A DNA stretch of 64,000 bases. It comes from Nitrosarchaeum sp. Its GTDB lineage: Archaea; Thermoproteota; Nitrososphaeria; Nitrososphaerales; Nitrosopumilaceae. The stretch is taken from the NCBI GenBank assembly GCA_965223865.1, contig OZ245020.1, positions 1,921,366-1,985,365 on the forward strand. The letters are read 5' to 3'. Shown piece by piece: positions 1 to 13,410 of this stretch (position 1 is its first letter; each line of letters begins with the position of its first letter). Below the pieces are notes generated by a model. That model saw only the letters and a program-made list of their open reading frames with translations, was not told the DNA's origin and searched no databases. The position numbers were made by a program, and so were the translations under genes.

Positions 1-2
1 GA

Positions 3-581
3 GTTCCATTACAGTATGCTAACGCCCTTAGACGGGTTTGTCTAAATGGTGTTCCTGTGTTTGCAATAGACACTGTCGATATTTTAGAGAACACATCAGC
101 TATACCGGATGAAGGTTTAGCACACAGATTGGGATTAATTCCACTCAAGACTGACCTGACTGGATTTAATGAACCATCAAAATGTGATTGTAAAAGTGAA
201 TCGGGCTGCTCAAACTGCAAAGTCATGTTAGTATTAGACTCGGGGGACTCGGATATAACAAGAACAGTTCTATCAAACGAGTTAATCTCTGAAAACGACT
301 CGATAAAACCAGTTTCTGAAAACATTCCAATCGTTCAATTAGCTACAGGTCAGAGAGTCAAGGTTGAATGCTATGCAAGATTAGGTAGGGGTAGTGAGCA
401 TGCAAAATGGAACTCAGCAAATATTGCAGTTTTGACGGAAACTGACAATGAAGATGAAAGAATTCTAACTGTAGAATCAACAGGATCTCTTAAACCAGAA
501 CAAGTAATTCTTGCAGGAGTAGAAGAAGTCAGCAGTAGGTTAGCAGAATTCAAAGAAATGATTCACCAAGTAGAAGAATAA
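3..581 (+). CDS. rpoD: DNA-directed RNA polymerase subunit D (Rpo3), 5'-truncated by window edge
   Basis: Frame open from base 3 ([11 protein letters not shown]...); [20 protein letters not shown], Cys cluster and EHAKW motifs; precedes rpl18e-rpl13-rps9. Confidence 0.95.
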   Translation, partial: VPLQYANALRRVCLNGVPVFAIDTVDILENTSAIPDEGLAHRLGLIPLKTDLTGFNEPSKCDCKSESGCSNCKVMLVLDSGDSDITRTVLSNELISENDSIKPVSENIPIVQLATGQRVKVECYARLGRGSEHAKWNSANIAVLTETDNEDERILTVESTGSLKPEQVILAGVEEVSSRLAEFKEMIHQVEE

Positions 582-624
582 CAAGCATACACATTATATT
601 TGGGTTTTAAAACGCATTATTCAC

Positions 625-972
625 ATGACTAATCAAGTTGTTATACGCATGGCAAAAGATCTAAAAAAGGCATCTGCTTCAAACAGTGCACCAATCTGGG
701 CTAAGTTGGCAGAATATGTGCTAAAACCATCAGTTGCCAGACGCGATATCAATTTGTACAGAATAGGTCAATTAACTAAAGAAAATGACACGGTAGTTTT
801 TCCGGGCAAAGTATTAGGGACAGGCAATATCCCTCATAAAATTACTCTTTGCTCATTTTCCATTTCAAATTCTGCTGCGACAAAGATCATTGAAAATGGT
901 GGAAAAATTATCAGTTATTCAGAATTAATTGAAAAAAATCCAACTGGAAAAGGAGTGGTATTACTTGGCTAA
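625..972 (+). CDS. rpl18e: 50S ribosomal protein L18e
   Basis: APIW...RRDINLYRI...VVFPGKVLGTG motif; canonical gene order. Confidence 0.95.
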   Translation: MTNQVVIRMAKDLKKASASNSAPIWAKLAEYVLKPSVARRDINLYRIGQLTKENDTVVFPGKVLGTGNIPHKITLCSFSISNSAATKIIENGGKIISYSELIEKNPTGKGVVLLG

Positions 973-1426
973 TCAACAAAATACTGTTTCCACAGATAGA
1001 CCTATGGTAGTAGATGCCACTGATCATATCGCGGGTAGACTATCTTCAAATGTTGCAAAATTATTACTAAAAGGAAATAGAGTCTCAATTGTAAACTGTG
1101 AAAAGATTATGATTAGTGGAACACGCTCTAATATCATTAAAGAATACAGAGACTTTTTGGAAATTGCAAGCATACTCCATCCGAAACACGGTCCATTCCA
1201 TCCAAGAAGACCAGACACCATTATGAAAAGAATGATTCGAGGAATGTTACCAAGAAAGAAACCATCAGGTTTAACTGCACATAAAAGACTTAGAACATAT
1301 ATCGGTTCTCCAAAAGAATTAAGTTCTTTTGAAAAAATTCAATTTGAGAAAGCCAAAATTAAAAGATCTGCCTCAAACTATACAACGATGGGAGAACTTG
1401 GAAGAACTATAGGGTGGACTGAATGA
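965..1426 (+). CDS. rpl13: 50S ribosomal protein L13 (uL13)
   Basis: VVDATDHIAGRLSS...GPFHPRRPD...RGMLP; probable TTG start overlapping the rpl18e stop (ORF track starts at 929). Confidence 0.95.
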   Translation: MANQQNTVSTDRPMVVDATDHIAGRLSSNVAKLLLKGNRVSIVNCEKIMISGTRSNIIKEYRDFLEIASILHPKHGPFHPRRPDTIMKRMIRGMLPRKKPSGLTAHKRLRTYIGSPKELSSFEKIQFEKAKIKRSASNYTTMGELGRTIGWTE

Positions 1427-1872
1427 CAACTCCAAAAACTGAAATCTATTTTGCAACTAGAAAAACATCAAGTGCACATGTATACATTACAAAAGGTCAA
1501 GGAAAAGTTAGAATTAATAATGTCCCAGTAGAAATGATTCCTCAAGAAACTGCAAGAGAGGTTATGCTTGCTCCTTTAGAAATAACTGGAGATTTAAGAA
1601 ATAAAATTGACATTTCAGTTAGAGTAAGAGGTGGAGGTTATATGGGACAAGCAAGTGCAGCAGCAACTGGAATTTCAAGAGCATTAATTGGTTGGACCAA
1701 ATCTAAAAAAGACCCAAAAGATCACCCATTACCAAAATCTACCAGAGAAGATCTAAGACAAAGAATTTCTGAGTATGACAAATATCTGATTAGTGGTGAT
1801 GCTAGAAGAAAAGAACCAAAGAAATTTGGCGGACCAGGTGCCAGAAGAAGAAAGCAAAAATCATATCGTTAG
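1423..1872 (+). CDS. rps9: 30S ribosomal protein S9 (uS9)
   Basis: VRGGGYMGQA and C-terminal KKFGGPGARRRKQKSYR. Confidence 0.97.
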   Translation: MTTPKTEIYFATRKTSSAHVYITKGQGKVRINNVPVEMIPQETAREVMLAPLEITGDLRNKIDISVRVRGGGYMGQASAAATGISRALIGWTKSKKDPKDHPLPKSTREDLRQRISEYDKYLISGDARRKEPKKFGGPGARRRKQKSYR

Positions 1873-1875
1873 GCC

Positions 1876-2604
1876 TTGAAGGCTGTAATTTTAGCCGGAG
1901 GCAAAGGAACTAGAGGCAAACCATATACAGAATTTTTTCCCAAAGCTATGACTCCAATTAATGGTTTTCCGCTAATTGATTATTTAGTCAAATACCTTGG
2001 AAATTCAAAACTAATTTCAGACATAATTATAATTTCAGATTTTGAAGGATTAGGTGCTCAGATAAAAAACTACTATGAACACCACCCACGAGTTAAAAAA
2101 ATCACATTTGTTCAGGACTCGCAGAGTGGAACCGGAGGAGATTTACTACATATCAAAAATTTGTTAAAAGGAGATTCGGAATTTCTATTATGGTTTGTAG
2201 ACAATTTGTGTGCAATAGATCTTAAAGAGATGTTACAATTTTTTAAAAACAAAAAGAGTAGTGCTTGTATTGCAACAAGAAAAAAAAGAAAAGAAGAAAC
2301 AGGATTTGCTTTGGTGAAAGATGGAGTTATTAAAGAATTCAAAGAAAAGCCAATCTTAAATTTACCATTGTCTGAATGCCTAGGAATATACATTTTAGAA
2401 AAGAACATACTAAAAAAAATTCAATCTAAATCAAATCAAAAACAAATTAATTTGTCATATGATATTTTACAAGAGTTATCAAAAGAAGGAAAAATTAGTG
2501 CGTATGATATTGGAGACAAAGAATGGATTGATGCTGAATCTCCCACTATTTTAGAACGAAATCAAAAACAAATAAAAAAAATCATAAAACAGATGGGGCT
2601 TTAG
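1876..2604 (+). CDS. Sugar-phosphate nucleotidyltransferase family protein
   Basis: N-terminal AVILAGGKGTR...PKAM motif. Confidence 0.85.
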   Translation: MKAVILAGGKGTRGKPYTEFFPKAMTPINGFPLIDYLVKYLGNSKLISDIIIISDFEGLGAQIKNYYEHHPRVKKITFVQDSQSGTGGDLLHIKNLLKGDSEFLLWFVDNLCAIDLKEMLQFFKNKKSSACIATRKKRKEETGFALVKDGVIKEFKEKPILNLPLSECLGIYILEKNILKKIQSKSNQKQINLSYDILQELSKEGKISAYDIGDKEWIDAESPTILERNQKQIKKIIKQMGL

Positions 2605-3166
2605 ATCCTTTTTCAAATTCAAAAATTTCATCTTCAAATTGAAGGGTTTGGGCAATATCATCTAATCCTTCCAAAAGAATTTTTTTCTTGTGGGAATCAA
2701 TCTCAAATAAAATTAATTCGTCAGGGGTAGCTATGCTTTGATTTTCCAAATCAATTTCTATTTCATCTACTTGTTGTTGTAATTTCTCTACTGTTTTCTC
2801 ATCTAATTTGATTGGTAAGATTCCATTTTTGAAACAATTACTATAAAAGATATCAGCAAATGAGGGTGCAATGATTACTGAAAAACCATAATCCTGTAAA
2901 GCCCATACCGCATGTTCACGACTAGAGCCACATCCAAAATTGTCACCAGCTACTAGAATTTTGGAATTTTTGTATTTGTCATCATTTAATACAAAATCTG
3001 GCCTTTTGTTCTCATTTTCATCATAGCGCCAATTAAAAAATAAGAATTCTCCAAAACCAGATTTTTGGACAAGTTTAAGAAATTGTTTGGGAACAATCTG
3101 GTCAGTATCTACATTTACCTTATCTAATGGAGTGACAATTGTTTTTACTTTTGTAAATGGTTCCAT
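2582..3166 (-). CDS. leuD: 3-isopropylmalate dehydratase small subunit (bacterial type)
   Basis: [38 protein letters not shown]. Confidence 0.95.
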   Translation of the reverse strand: MEPFTKVKTIVTPLDKVNVDTDQIVPKQFLKLVQKSGFGEFLFFNWRYDENENKRPDFVLNDDKYKNSKILVAGDNFGCGSSREHAVWALQDYGFSVIIAPSFADIFYSNCFKNGILPIKLDEKTVEKLQQQVDEIEIDLENQSIATPDELILFEIDSHKKKILLEGLDDIAQTLQFEDEIFEFEKGSKAPSVL

Positions 3167-3167
3167 C

Positions 3168-4583
3168 TTATCTTAAATCCATTTTTCTAACATCAACAAA
3201 ACGGCCCTCAATTGCTGCAGCAGCCGCCATTACAGGACTAACAAGATGAGTTCTACCTCCAGTTCCTTGTCTTCCTTCAAAATTTCTATTGGAGGTACTT
3301 GCACATCTCTCACCAGGTGATAAAATATCTGGATTCATCCCAAGACACATACTACATCCAGCATCTCTCCATTCAAAATTAGCATCAATAAAGATTTTAT
3401 CAAGATTCATCTCTTCGGCTTGTTTTTTTACCATTTGAGATCCGGGCACCACCATAGCTCGAACATTTGGTGAAACTTTTCTTCCTTTGACAACCTTAGA
3501 TGCCTCTATAAGATCTTCTAATCTTGCATTTGTACAAGATCCAATGAAGACTCTATCAATTTTGATATCAGTGATTGGAGTTCCAGGTTTTAAATCCATG
3601 TATTCAAGGGCTTTTTGTGCTCCCTTCTTTTGGTTTTGATCACCTTCAGAGTAATCATCAGGAGAAGGGATTGAGTCAGTAACATCACAAGTCATTCCAG
3701 GGTTTGTTCCCCAACTAACCTGAGGTGCAATATTATCAATATGTAATGTGTATTTTTTTTCAAACTTTGCATCAGAATCTGTTTTTAAATTTTCACGCCA
3801 ATATTCAACAAGAGATTCATAGTTTTTTGGAGTATATTTTCTATCTCGAAGATAATCAAATGTTTTTTCATCAGGTGCAATTAAACCTGCTCTTGCTCCG
3901 GCCTCAATAGACATGTTACAAATAGTCATTCGCTGCTCCATTGAAAGATCCTCAATTCCTTGACCACGATACTCTATTACTGTTCCAGTTCCACCTCCAG
4001 TTCCAATATTTTTGATAATTGATAAAATGATATCTTTTGCAGTAACAGCATGAGGATTCTTTCGTTTTCCTTCCACTCTAATTTCAAAAGGATTAGGTTT
4101 TTCTAACCACAGTGTTTGTGAAGCTAAGACATGCTCTACTTCACTTGTTCCTATTCCAAATGCTAGAGCACCAAATGCTCCATGAGTTGATGTGTGACTA
4201 TCACCGCAAACAATAGTACTTCCAGGTAATGTTATTCCTAATTGAGGTCCAATTACATGGACTATTCCTTGGTTCGGGCTTGCAATATCAAATAATTGTA
4301 TTCCAAAATCTTTACAGTTTTTTTCTAGAGTTTGAATCTGAACTGAAGACGTTTGGTCTAAAATGGGCAGACCACGATCACTTGTTGGAACATTGTGATC
4401 CATTGTAGCAATAGTAAGATCAGGTCTTCGTACCTTTCTGTTATTCATTCGTAGACCATCAAATGCTTGGGGAGATGTTACTTCATGTATTAGATGTCTA
4501 TCAATGTAAATTAAAGAGGGTCCAGATTGTTTTTCTACTACAATGTGAGCATCCCATATTTTTTCAAAAAGTGTTTTTCCCAT
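3168..4583 (-). CDS. leuC: 3-isopropylmalate dehydratase large subunit (bacterial type)
   Basis: [39 protein letters not shown]. Confidence 0.95.
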   Translation of the reverse strand: MGKTLFEKIWDAHIVVEKQSGPSLIYIDRHLIHEVTSPQAFDGLRMNNRKVRRPDLTIATMDHNVPTSDRGLPILDQTSSVQIQTLEKNCKDFGIQLFDIASPNQGIVHVIGPQLGITLPGSTIVCGDSHTSTHGAFGALAFGIGTSEVEHVLASQTLWLEKPNPFEIRVEGKRKNPHAVTAKDIILSIIKNIGTGGGTGTVIEYRGQGIEDLSMEQRMTICNMSIEAGARAGLIAPDEKTFDYLRDRKYTPKNYESLVEYWRENLKTDSDAKFEKKYTLHIDNIAPQVSWGTNPGMTCDVTDSIPSPDDYSEGDQNQKKGAQKALEYMDLKPGTPITDIKIDRVFIGSCTNARLEDLIEASKVVKGRKVSPNVRAMVVPGSQMVKKQAEEMNLDKIFIDANFEWRDAGCSMCLGMNPDILSPGERCASTSNRNFEGRQGTGGRTHLVSPVMAAAAAIEGRFVDVRKMDLR

Positions 4584-4591
4584 TTTTAACC

Positions 4592-5077
4592 CTAATCTGG
4601 TTTGTAATTGAAAAGTCCACCAGCTTCAATAATTTTTCCAATAATTTCTGAAAAGGGCTTCATTTTGTATGTTTGATTTTTTGTAAGGTTTTTAATTTCA
4701 TTGCTCTCAATATTGATATCAATTTCATCTCCCTCGGAGATTCCGTTATATGCATCCTCTTCAATTTCAATTGGCAACAAAAATGCCCCATCAACTGAAT
4801 TTCTATAAAAAATCCTAGCAAAAGAGAGAGCTAAAACTGCTTTTATGCCTGAATGAGACAATGCAATTGGAGCATGTTCACGAGACGAACCACAACCAAA
4901 ATTTTTTCCAGACAATATAAAATCGCCTTCTTTTACTTTTGAATGAAAATCAGGGTCCAATCCCTCCATGGCATGAGTTGCAAGTTCGGCATAATCATGA
5001 ACCTTGAGATACTGACCTGGAATAATTACATCAGTGTCAATATTATCTCTAAGGTATTTTATTACGTTCCCTTTCAA
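4592..5077 (-). CDS. Archaeal-type homoaconitase/isopropylmalate isomerase small subunit (HacB/LeuD family)
   Basis: [34 protein letters not shown]. Confidence 0.85.
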   Translation of the reverse strand: MKGNVIKYLRDNIDTDVIIPGQYLKVHDYAELATHAMEGLDPDFHSKVKEGDFILSGKNFGCGSSREHAPIALSHSGIKAVLALSFARIFYRNSVDGAFLLPIEIEEDAYNGISEGDEIDINIESNEIKNLTKNQTYKMKPFSEIIGKIIEAGGLFNYKPD

Positions 5078-6345
5078 TTCAAGTCCCTCGGATCAGTGAT
5101 TTTTCCAGTTACTGCAGAAGCTGCAGCTACAAGAGGAGATGAAAGATATGTTTGGGATTCAACATGGCCCATTCTCCCTGGAAAATTTCTGTTCGTAGTA
5201 CTGATACAAATTTCATCTTTTGCCAAAACGCCCATGTGTGCACCACAGCAGGCACCACACGTCGGTGGACCTACAGTTACTCCAGCATCTAAGAAAATTT
5301 GTAGTAAACCATTTTCCATAGCTCGTTTGTAAATGGAGATTGCTGCAGGTAAAATTTCTGTTCGAATCTTTACCTTTCTTCCTTTTAGAATTTTTGCAGC
5401 CGCTTCCAGGTCTTCATATTTTGCACCAGTACAAGAGCCAATGTATGACTTGTCCAATTCTACTGATGGAGCTTCTCTTACAACTGCAATGTTTTCTGGA
5501 GAAAAAGGTTTTGCAACAAGGGGTTCTATTTCAGTTCCCTCATATTCAAAAATTTGTGCATATTCAGCATCATCATTACCGTTTATGAGAGAAATATTTG
5601 TCGCTCCTCTACTAGTAAGATAATCAACAACTTTTTGATCAGGTTCCACTATTCCATTTTTAGCCCCTGCTTCTGTTGTCATGTTACATAGTGTTAATCT
5701 ACTTTCAACTGACATCTCTTCAATTCCCGTTCCACCAAACTGCATTGTTCTATACGCTCCTCCATCAGTCCCAATATCGCCAATAATTTTTAAAATGAAA
5801 TCTTTAGCCATTACATGATCTGGTAGTTTTCCATTTAACTTGAAGTATAGAGTTTCTGGAACTTTAAACCAAATCTTACCATTAAGTAAAACATAGGCAA
5901 TATCAGTATGTCCCAATCCACACGCAAAAGCACCTAGAGCTCCAGTTGTGTTTGTGTGAGAGTCTCCGCCAACATAAACATCACCAGGCATAACTAATGC
6001 CTCTTCATGAGATAAAGTGTGACATATTCCATATTGACCCATACCATATTTGAAGTGTTTTATGATTCCGTAATTTTTGGTAAAATTAGAAAGTTTTACA
6101 ATATTTTCAGCTGAAATTTTTTCAGCAGAGGGAACAAAGTGATCTTCAGCAACCCAAACTTTTGATGGATCCCATAATTTTCCAACATCAATACCTTGCT
6201 TCTTTAATTTATCAAATACTTTAAGGACACCAGGACCCGAAACATCATGAACCATGACTTTGTCAACATTTGCAAAAACAACATCATCAGGAGATACTTT
6301 TTCTTTGTTTGATGCACGTGCAAGTATCTTCTCAACAATATTCAT
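5074..6345 (-). CDS. Archaeal-type homoaconitase/isopropylmalate isomerase large subunit (HacA/LeuC family)
   Basis: GDSHTNT, GSCTG, CGACCG, STTNRNFPGRMG. Confidence 0.85.
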   Translation of the reverse strand: MNIVEKILARASNKEKVSPDDVVFANVDKVMVHDVSGPGVLKVFDKLKKQGIDVGKLWDPSKVWVAEDHFVPSAEKISAENIVKLSNFTKNYGIIKHFKYGMGQYGICHTLSHEEALVMPGDVYVGGDSHTNTTGALGAFACGLGHTDIAYVLLNGKIWFKVPETLYFKLNGKLPDHVMAKDFILKIIGDIGTDGGAYRTMQFGGTGIEEMSVESRLTLCNMTTEAGAKNGIVEPDQKVVDYLTSRGATNISLINGNDDAEYAQIFEYEGTEIEPLVAKPFSPENIAVVREAPSVELDKSYIGSCTGAKYEDLEAAAKILKGRKVKIRTEILPAAISIYKRAMENGLLQIFLDAGVTVGPPTCGACCGAHMGVLAKDEICISTTNRNFPGRMGHVESQTYLSSPLVAAASAVTGKITDPRDLN

Positions 6346-6417
6346 AATCAAAAACCCTTCTTTTACAGATTAAAAGCTTTTCAGAACAATAAAAAAGAAA
6401 AACAGTAACAAAATAGC

Positions 6418-7188
6418 ATGTCGCTTACAATTTTACCTCTTTTATCAGAAAAAATGATGGATAAATTCGACATATTTGAAGCGCTATTAACCACATTAGA
6501 AAAAAATAATGAAGAACTTGCAGAAGGAGACATCCTAGTAATTTCAACAAAGTACATCTCGAATTCACAAGGTAGACTTGTCGATCTTGAAAAAATTAGA
6601 ACATCAAAAGAAGGAATCAATATATCAAAGAGATTTAATTTAAACGCAGAAGTTGCAGAAATCATCCTAAGAGAATCAGATAAAGTGTTTGGAGGAATTT
6701 CTGGATTTGTGATTACCTCAGCAGATAACATCATAGCACCAAACGCTGGAATTGACAAATCAAATGCCAAAAAAGGAAAAGTAATTCTTTATCCAAAAGA
6801 TCCCTATATTATTGCAGAGCAAATTCGTAGAAAAATTTTCTTGAAGTTTCTGATTCATCTTGGAATAATTTTAGTAGACAGTAGATTAATGCCAGGTCGT
6901 GTTGGTACATCTGGAATTGCGGTTGCATGTGCAGGAATTGAACCAGTTCTTGATTTAAGAGGAGAAAAAGATCTGAATGGAAATTCTCTAAAGGTGACAT
7001 TTCAGGCAGTAGCTGATAATATTGCAACAATTGCCAATCAAGAAATGGGAGAAGGTTCAGAATCAAAACCATTTGCTATTGTAAGAAATTCAGGTGTAAA
7101 ACTTACAGATAATAAAATCAGTTCAAATCAAATGGCAATTTCACCGGATCAGTGTGTATATGTAAGAAGCCTTGCAGACAAGTACTAA
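6418..7188 (+). CDS. cofE: Coenzyme F420-0:L-glutamate ligase
   Basis: DILVISTK...PNAGIDKSN...DSRLMPGR...MGEGSE. Confidence 0.88.
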   Translation: MSLTILPLLSEKMMDKFDIFEALLTTLEKNNEELAEGDILVISTKYISNSQGRLVDLEKIRTSKEGINISKRFNLNAEVAEIILRESDKVFGGISGFVITSADNIIAPNAGIDKSNAKKGKVILYPKDPYIIAEQIRRKIFLKFLIHLGIILVDSRLMPGRVGTSGIAVACAGIEPVLDLRGEKDLNGNSLKVTFQAVADNIATIANQEMGEGSESKPFAIVRNSGVKLTDNKISSNQMAISPDQCVYVRSLADKY

Positions 7189-7244
7189 AACCTAGTAAGT
7201 ACCTTTGTTCTCCTTTAAATAGAGGTTTTTTTGTTGTCAAAATA

Positions 7245-7796
7245 ATGGAGTACCTTACAACATATCCAAAGACAATTTCATTTCTTGATGGGATAAAACA
7301 CAAAATTGATGTGGATAGTAAGGAAGGAGTAGAGCAATTACACATTGTGGTAAAAAAGAGTTTTGATGAATTAATGAGAATGTTTACAAATGAAGGATTT
7401 ACCAAAGTCAAATTTGAACATAAACAACCAGACCAAATTGGAAATGGTTTGAACCTAAAGCTAAAGAAACCTTGGGAGATGCATGTTAGAATGGTGGATC
7501 TTAAGAAAGGATTGATTGGAATTCATGCCGAAGTAGAAGTGTCTAGAGATTATCTTCAACATCTTTTCTCTCAAAGAACCCCAGTAGTTTATGAAGTTGA
7601 AGAGATCCTAAAAAAGTACCAAATTGATTACAAAATATGGCATGATAAAATCAAGAAAGATGTTCATACAATTTTAGATAATTATAAAGTAAAGCTTGCA
7701 ACCCCAAGCATCCCAGTATTTGCATGGAAACCAATGTTGTTTGTTATTACAACAATTGGCGCATTTTACGGCTGGAAGTATTTTAATACAATCTAA
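7245..7796 (+). CDS. Hypothetical protein with C-terminal transmembrane helix
   Basis: Long ORF; TTTAAATA box at about 7214-7221 places a leaderless start at ATG 7245. Confidence 0.75.
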   Translation: MEYLTTYPKTISFLDGIKHKIDVDSKEGVEQLHIVVKKSFDELMRMFTNEGFTKVKFEHKQPDQIGNGLNLKLKKPWEMHVRMVDLKKGLIGIHAEVEVSRDYLQHLFSQRTPVVYEVEEILKKYQIDYKIWHDKIKKDVHTILDNYKVKLATPSIPVFAWKPMLFVITTIGAFYGWKYFNTI

Positions 7797-7820
7797 AATA
7801 AAGTATATTTTTAAAAAAAG

Positions 7821-8144
7821 CTATACTCCCAGAGTTTCTTCTTTGGTCAATTCCAAAAAAACCTTATCACCTACAGAAAGGCCCATTTCTTTGTATTCAT
7901 GCATCTCTAGTTTCAGCTGAGTAACTCCACCTTGCATACCCATTCCCATTCCAGACATCATTTTATTCAGATCTTTCATCATGTCATTCATGTTGGTAAA
8001 TCCCATTACTTTTGGGCTTCCAAAAGGGGATGGAGGAGAACCAGTTCCTTCTTTAAGATCCTTGACTGAAGACAAAGAAACAACAACATAAGGTGCACCA
8101 TCAGGGGCAGCATCAATGCTTCTTACAACAAATTCCTTCTTCAT
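7821..8144 (-). CDS. Hypothetical protein, Met/Gly-rich centre (possible arcadin-1-like fold)
   Basis: 107-aa ORF with upstream TTATAA box; family assignment is tentative. Confidence 0.7.
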   Translation of the reverse strand: MKKEFVVRSIDAAPDGAPYVVVSLSSVKDLKEGTGSPPSPFGSPKVMGFTNMNDMMKDLNKMMSGMGMGMQGGVTQLKLEMHEYKEMGLSVGDKVFLELTKEETLGV

Positions 8145-8244
8145 GAATAAACTAGATACTCTTTACTTATAATTTTAATTTTCAGGTAAATTTGGAGTTG
8201 TTTTAGCCTTGAAGCTTTAATTATAATTTTACGAAATTAAATTT

Positions 8245-8775
8245 ATGAGTGATAATCTAAAAACTTCCCTACGGTATTATGGAATTTCACCTTGGGAAAT
8301 TGAAGTAATTTATGGATACCTTCACTCAAGATTCAATATTTCTCAAGAAGAAATCGAACCAAATGATGAGAATTATGTGAGTTTTTTGGATGTGGATATT
8401 CCACTTGCTTTTAATGAAGAATTTTTCAAATGGTTCGAATATAGAAGATGGGAAAAAGTAAAAGATGTTTTCAAGGAGATGAAACGACGGCGAGGCTCAG
8501 GTAATGCCATAAAAATTCAATTGAATTTTTTTGGAAATCCAAAAATAGTGTTTGTCTTAGATAGTGAAGATAAAAGATGGTATGATAATGCCCTTGAAAA
8601 AATCGATTTTGTCTTAGAATTGTTACCATATCATTTAAACCCAGAAAAACTTCCTTCTGATATTTCTGAAATTATTTACAAATTTGATACAGAATCTGTA
8701 AGATGGCGACTAAATTCTGCCAAATCATCTGAAAAAAAATATGTCTTTAGAGGAGACACTTGGAAGCCTACTTGA
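8245..8775 (+). CDS. Hypothetical protein
   Basis: 176-aa ORF, TATA-like box about 25 nt upstream. Confidence 0.75.
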   Translation: MSDNLKTSLRYYGISPWEIEVIYGYLHSRFNISQEEIEPNDENYVSFLDVDIPLAFNEEFFKWFEYRRWEKVKDVFKEMKRRRGSGNAIKIQLNFFGNPKIVFVLDSEDKRWYDNALEKIDFVLELLPYHLNPEKLPSDISEIIYKFDTESVRWRLNSAKSSEKKYVFRGDTWKPT

Positions 8776-9208
8776 GATCCTTCTGTATCGGTTCAAGTAA
8801 GGTATGAAGTTCTTTGTATTTTGATTCAAGAAACTCTAATGCATCATCCAGTTTTTTTGATTTTCCATACTTGTATCGAATTAATTCACGATGGTGCCAA
8901 AATGTTTTTCCATTTTCACCTGAAACTGTTGTAAAATAATCAGTTCCCTTTAGAGTATCAGGTAATTTAATATCATAGGGAAAAAGCATTTCAACAATAA
9001 ACCATTCATCACCGTCAGGATAATCAGCACCAGTTTCAACATCAAAAAACACGTGAAGTAAGTCTGATTGCATTAAACCATCATCAGTAATTGAAGGATG
9101 TCTTATTGCAGATTTTTTAAAGTCTAGATTTACAAGTTGAGGTTCAAAAAAACCCTTAATGATGGATTTTCGAAATATCTTATTTGACTCTGTAATGTTC
9201 ACTAGCAA
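8768..9208 (-). CDS. Hypothetical protein
   Basis: 146-aa ORF, convergent with previous gene. Confidence 0.7.
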   Translation of the reverse strand: MLVNITESNKIFRKSIIKGFFEPQLVNLDFKKSAIRHPSITDDGLMQSDLLHVFFDVETGADYPDGDEWFIVEMLFPYDIKLPDTLKGTDYFTTVSGENGKTFWHHRELIRYKYGKSKKLDDALEFLESKYKELHTLLEPIQKDLK

Positions 9209-9256
9209 GAGGATCTAAAAATAAACCAGACTATAACTTATCTGGTTTTGGAGATT

Positions 9257-12119
<2,863 letters not shown>

Positions 12120-12169
12120 AAACAAATCTCCATTTCTTTGAATATTAATAACATGATGGATAAATTCTG

Positions 12170-12316
12170 TTAACCACCAGTAGCTGCATCAAATAATGCA
12201 CATTCACATTTATCACGTTCACCACAATAAGGGCATACACAAACACATTTCTCAATAGAATTTCCACATTCTACACAAATTGCAAACTCTTCTTCCTCTT
12301 TAGTTTCAGAAGACAT
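12170..12316 (-). CDS. 48-aa Cys-rich microprotein ending in TGG (below ORF-track cutoff)
   Basis: MSSETKEEEEFAICVECGNSIEKCVCVCPYCGERDKCECALFDAATGG; TTTATAC box about 20 nt upstream of ATG. Confidence 0.75.
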   Translation of the reverse strand: MSSETKEEEEFAICVECGNSIEKCVCVCPYCGERDKCECALFDAATGG

Positions 12317-12368
12317 GTTTAGTCTAAAAAGAAATCGTATAAATGGTTTGAGACAAATCTCACATTAA

Positions 12369-13337
12369 ATGAAGAAACGAGTTTTTTTAACAAGACAACT
12401 TCATGATTTTGCATTAAAAGAATTAAGGAAAAAATATCAGATTGAAATTCATGCAGGTAAAATTCCCATTCCTAAATCAAAATTGAGATCGAAGATTAAA
12501 CAAATTGAAGGATTGATTTGTTTTCCATATGATAAAATCGATAAAGAATTAATTGATTTGGCAGAAAATCTCAAAGTTATCAGTACGTATAGTGTGGGTT
12601 TTGATCATATTGACATTAATTATGCAAAGAAAAATAAAATTCGTGTGGGGTATACTCCCGAAGTTTTAACTGATGCCACAGCAGATCTTGCCTTTTCACT
12701 AATGATTGATGTATTACGAAGAGTATCTGAAGGAGATAGAATTATTCGTTCTGGAAAATGGACTGAGATTTATGGTGCCTATGATTATGTGGGATTAGAT
12801 TTACAAGGTAAAACACTTGGTATTTTTGGATTGGGTAGAATTGGTAGAACCCTTGCAAAACGAGCCAAAGCATTCGATATGAAAATTATTTATAATAATA
12901 GAAAACCAATTTCTAAGTCTAAGGAAAAATCTCTTGGTGTAAATTATGTTTCGTTTAACAAATTAATTTCTCAAAGTGACATAATTTCAATTCATGTTCC
13001 ACATACAAAAGATACGGACATGTTATTTGACAAAAAAATATTCAGTAAGATGAAAAATTCAGCATTTTTAGTAAATACTGCACGTGGAAAGATAGTCAAC
13101 GAAAAGGATCTAGTTATAGCACTAAGGAAAAAAACTATTGCAGGTGCAGGATTAGATGTTTTTCAAATCGAACCGATTGGAAAGAAACATCCTTTTACAC
13201 AAATACAAAATATTGTTTTGGCGCCTCATATTGGAAGTTCCACAAAAGAGACTAGAGCAAAAATGGCAGAGATCACTATAAGAAATTTAGCACTTGGAAT
13301 TAATGGAAAAAAGCCAGCCTACTCAGTGGGATATTGA
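12369..13337 (+). CDS. D-isomer-specific 2-hydroxyacid dehydrogenase (glyoxylate reductase/D-glycerate dehydrogenase-like)
   Basis: GIFGLGRIG, NTARG, GLDVF, APHIGS. Confidence 0.9.
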   Translation: MKKRVFLTRQLHDFALKELRKKYQIEIHAGKIPIPKSKLRSKIKQIEGLICFPYDKIDKELIDLAENLKVISTYSVGFDHIDINYAKKNKIRVGYTPEVLTDATADLAFSLMIDVLRRVSEGDRIIRSGKWTEIYGAYDYVGLDLQGKTLGIFGLGRIGRTLAKRAKAFDMKIIYNNRKPISKSKEKSLGVNYVSFNKLISQSDIISIHVPHTKDTDMLFDKKIFSKMKNSAFLVNTARGKIVNEKDLVIALRKKTIAGAGLDVFQIEPIGKKHPFTQIQNIVLAPHIGSSTKETRAKMAEITIRNLALGINGKKPAYSVGY

Positions 13338-13410
13338 TTTGAAAATAGGCACGGCTTTGACGAGAAAAAACTGCGCAGTTTTTATATCTAATTTGTTGAC
13401 TATCAACAGA

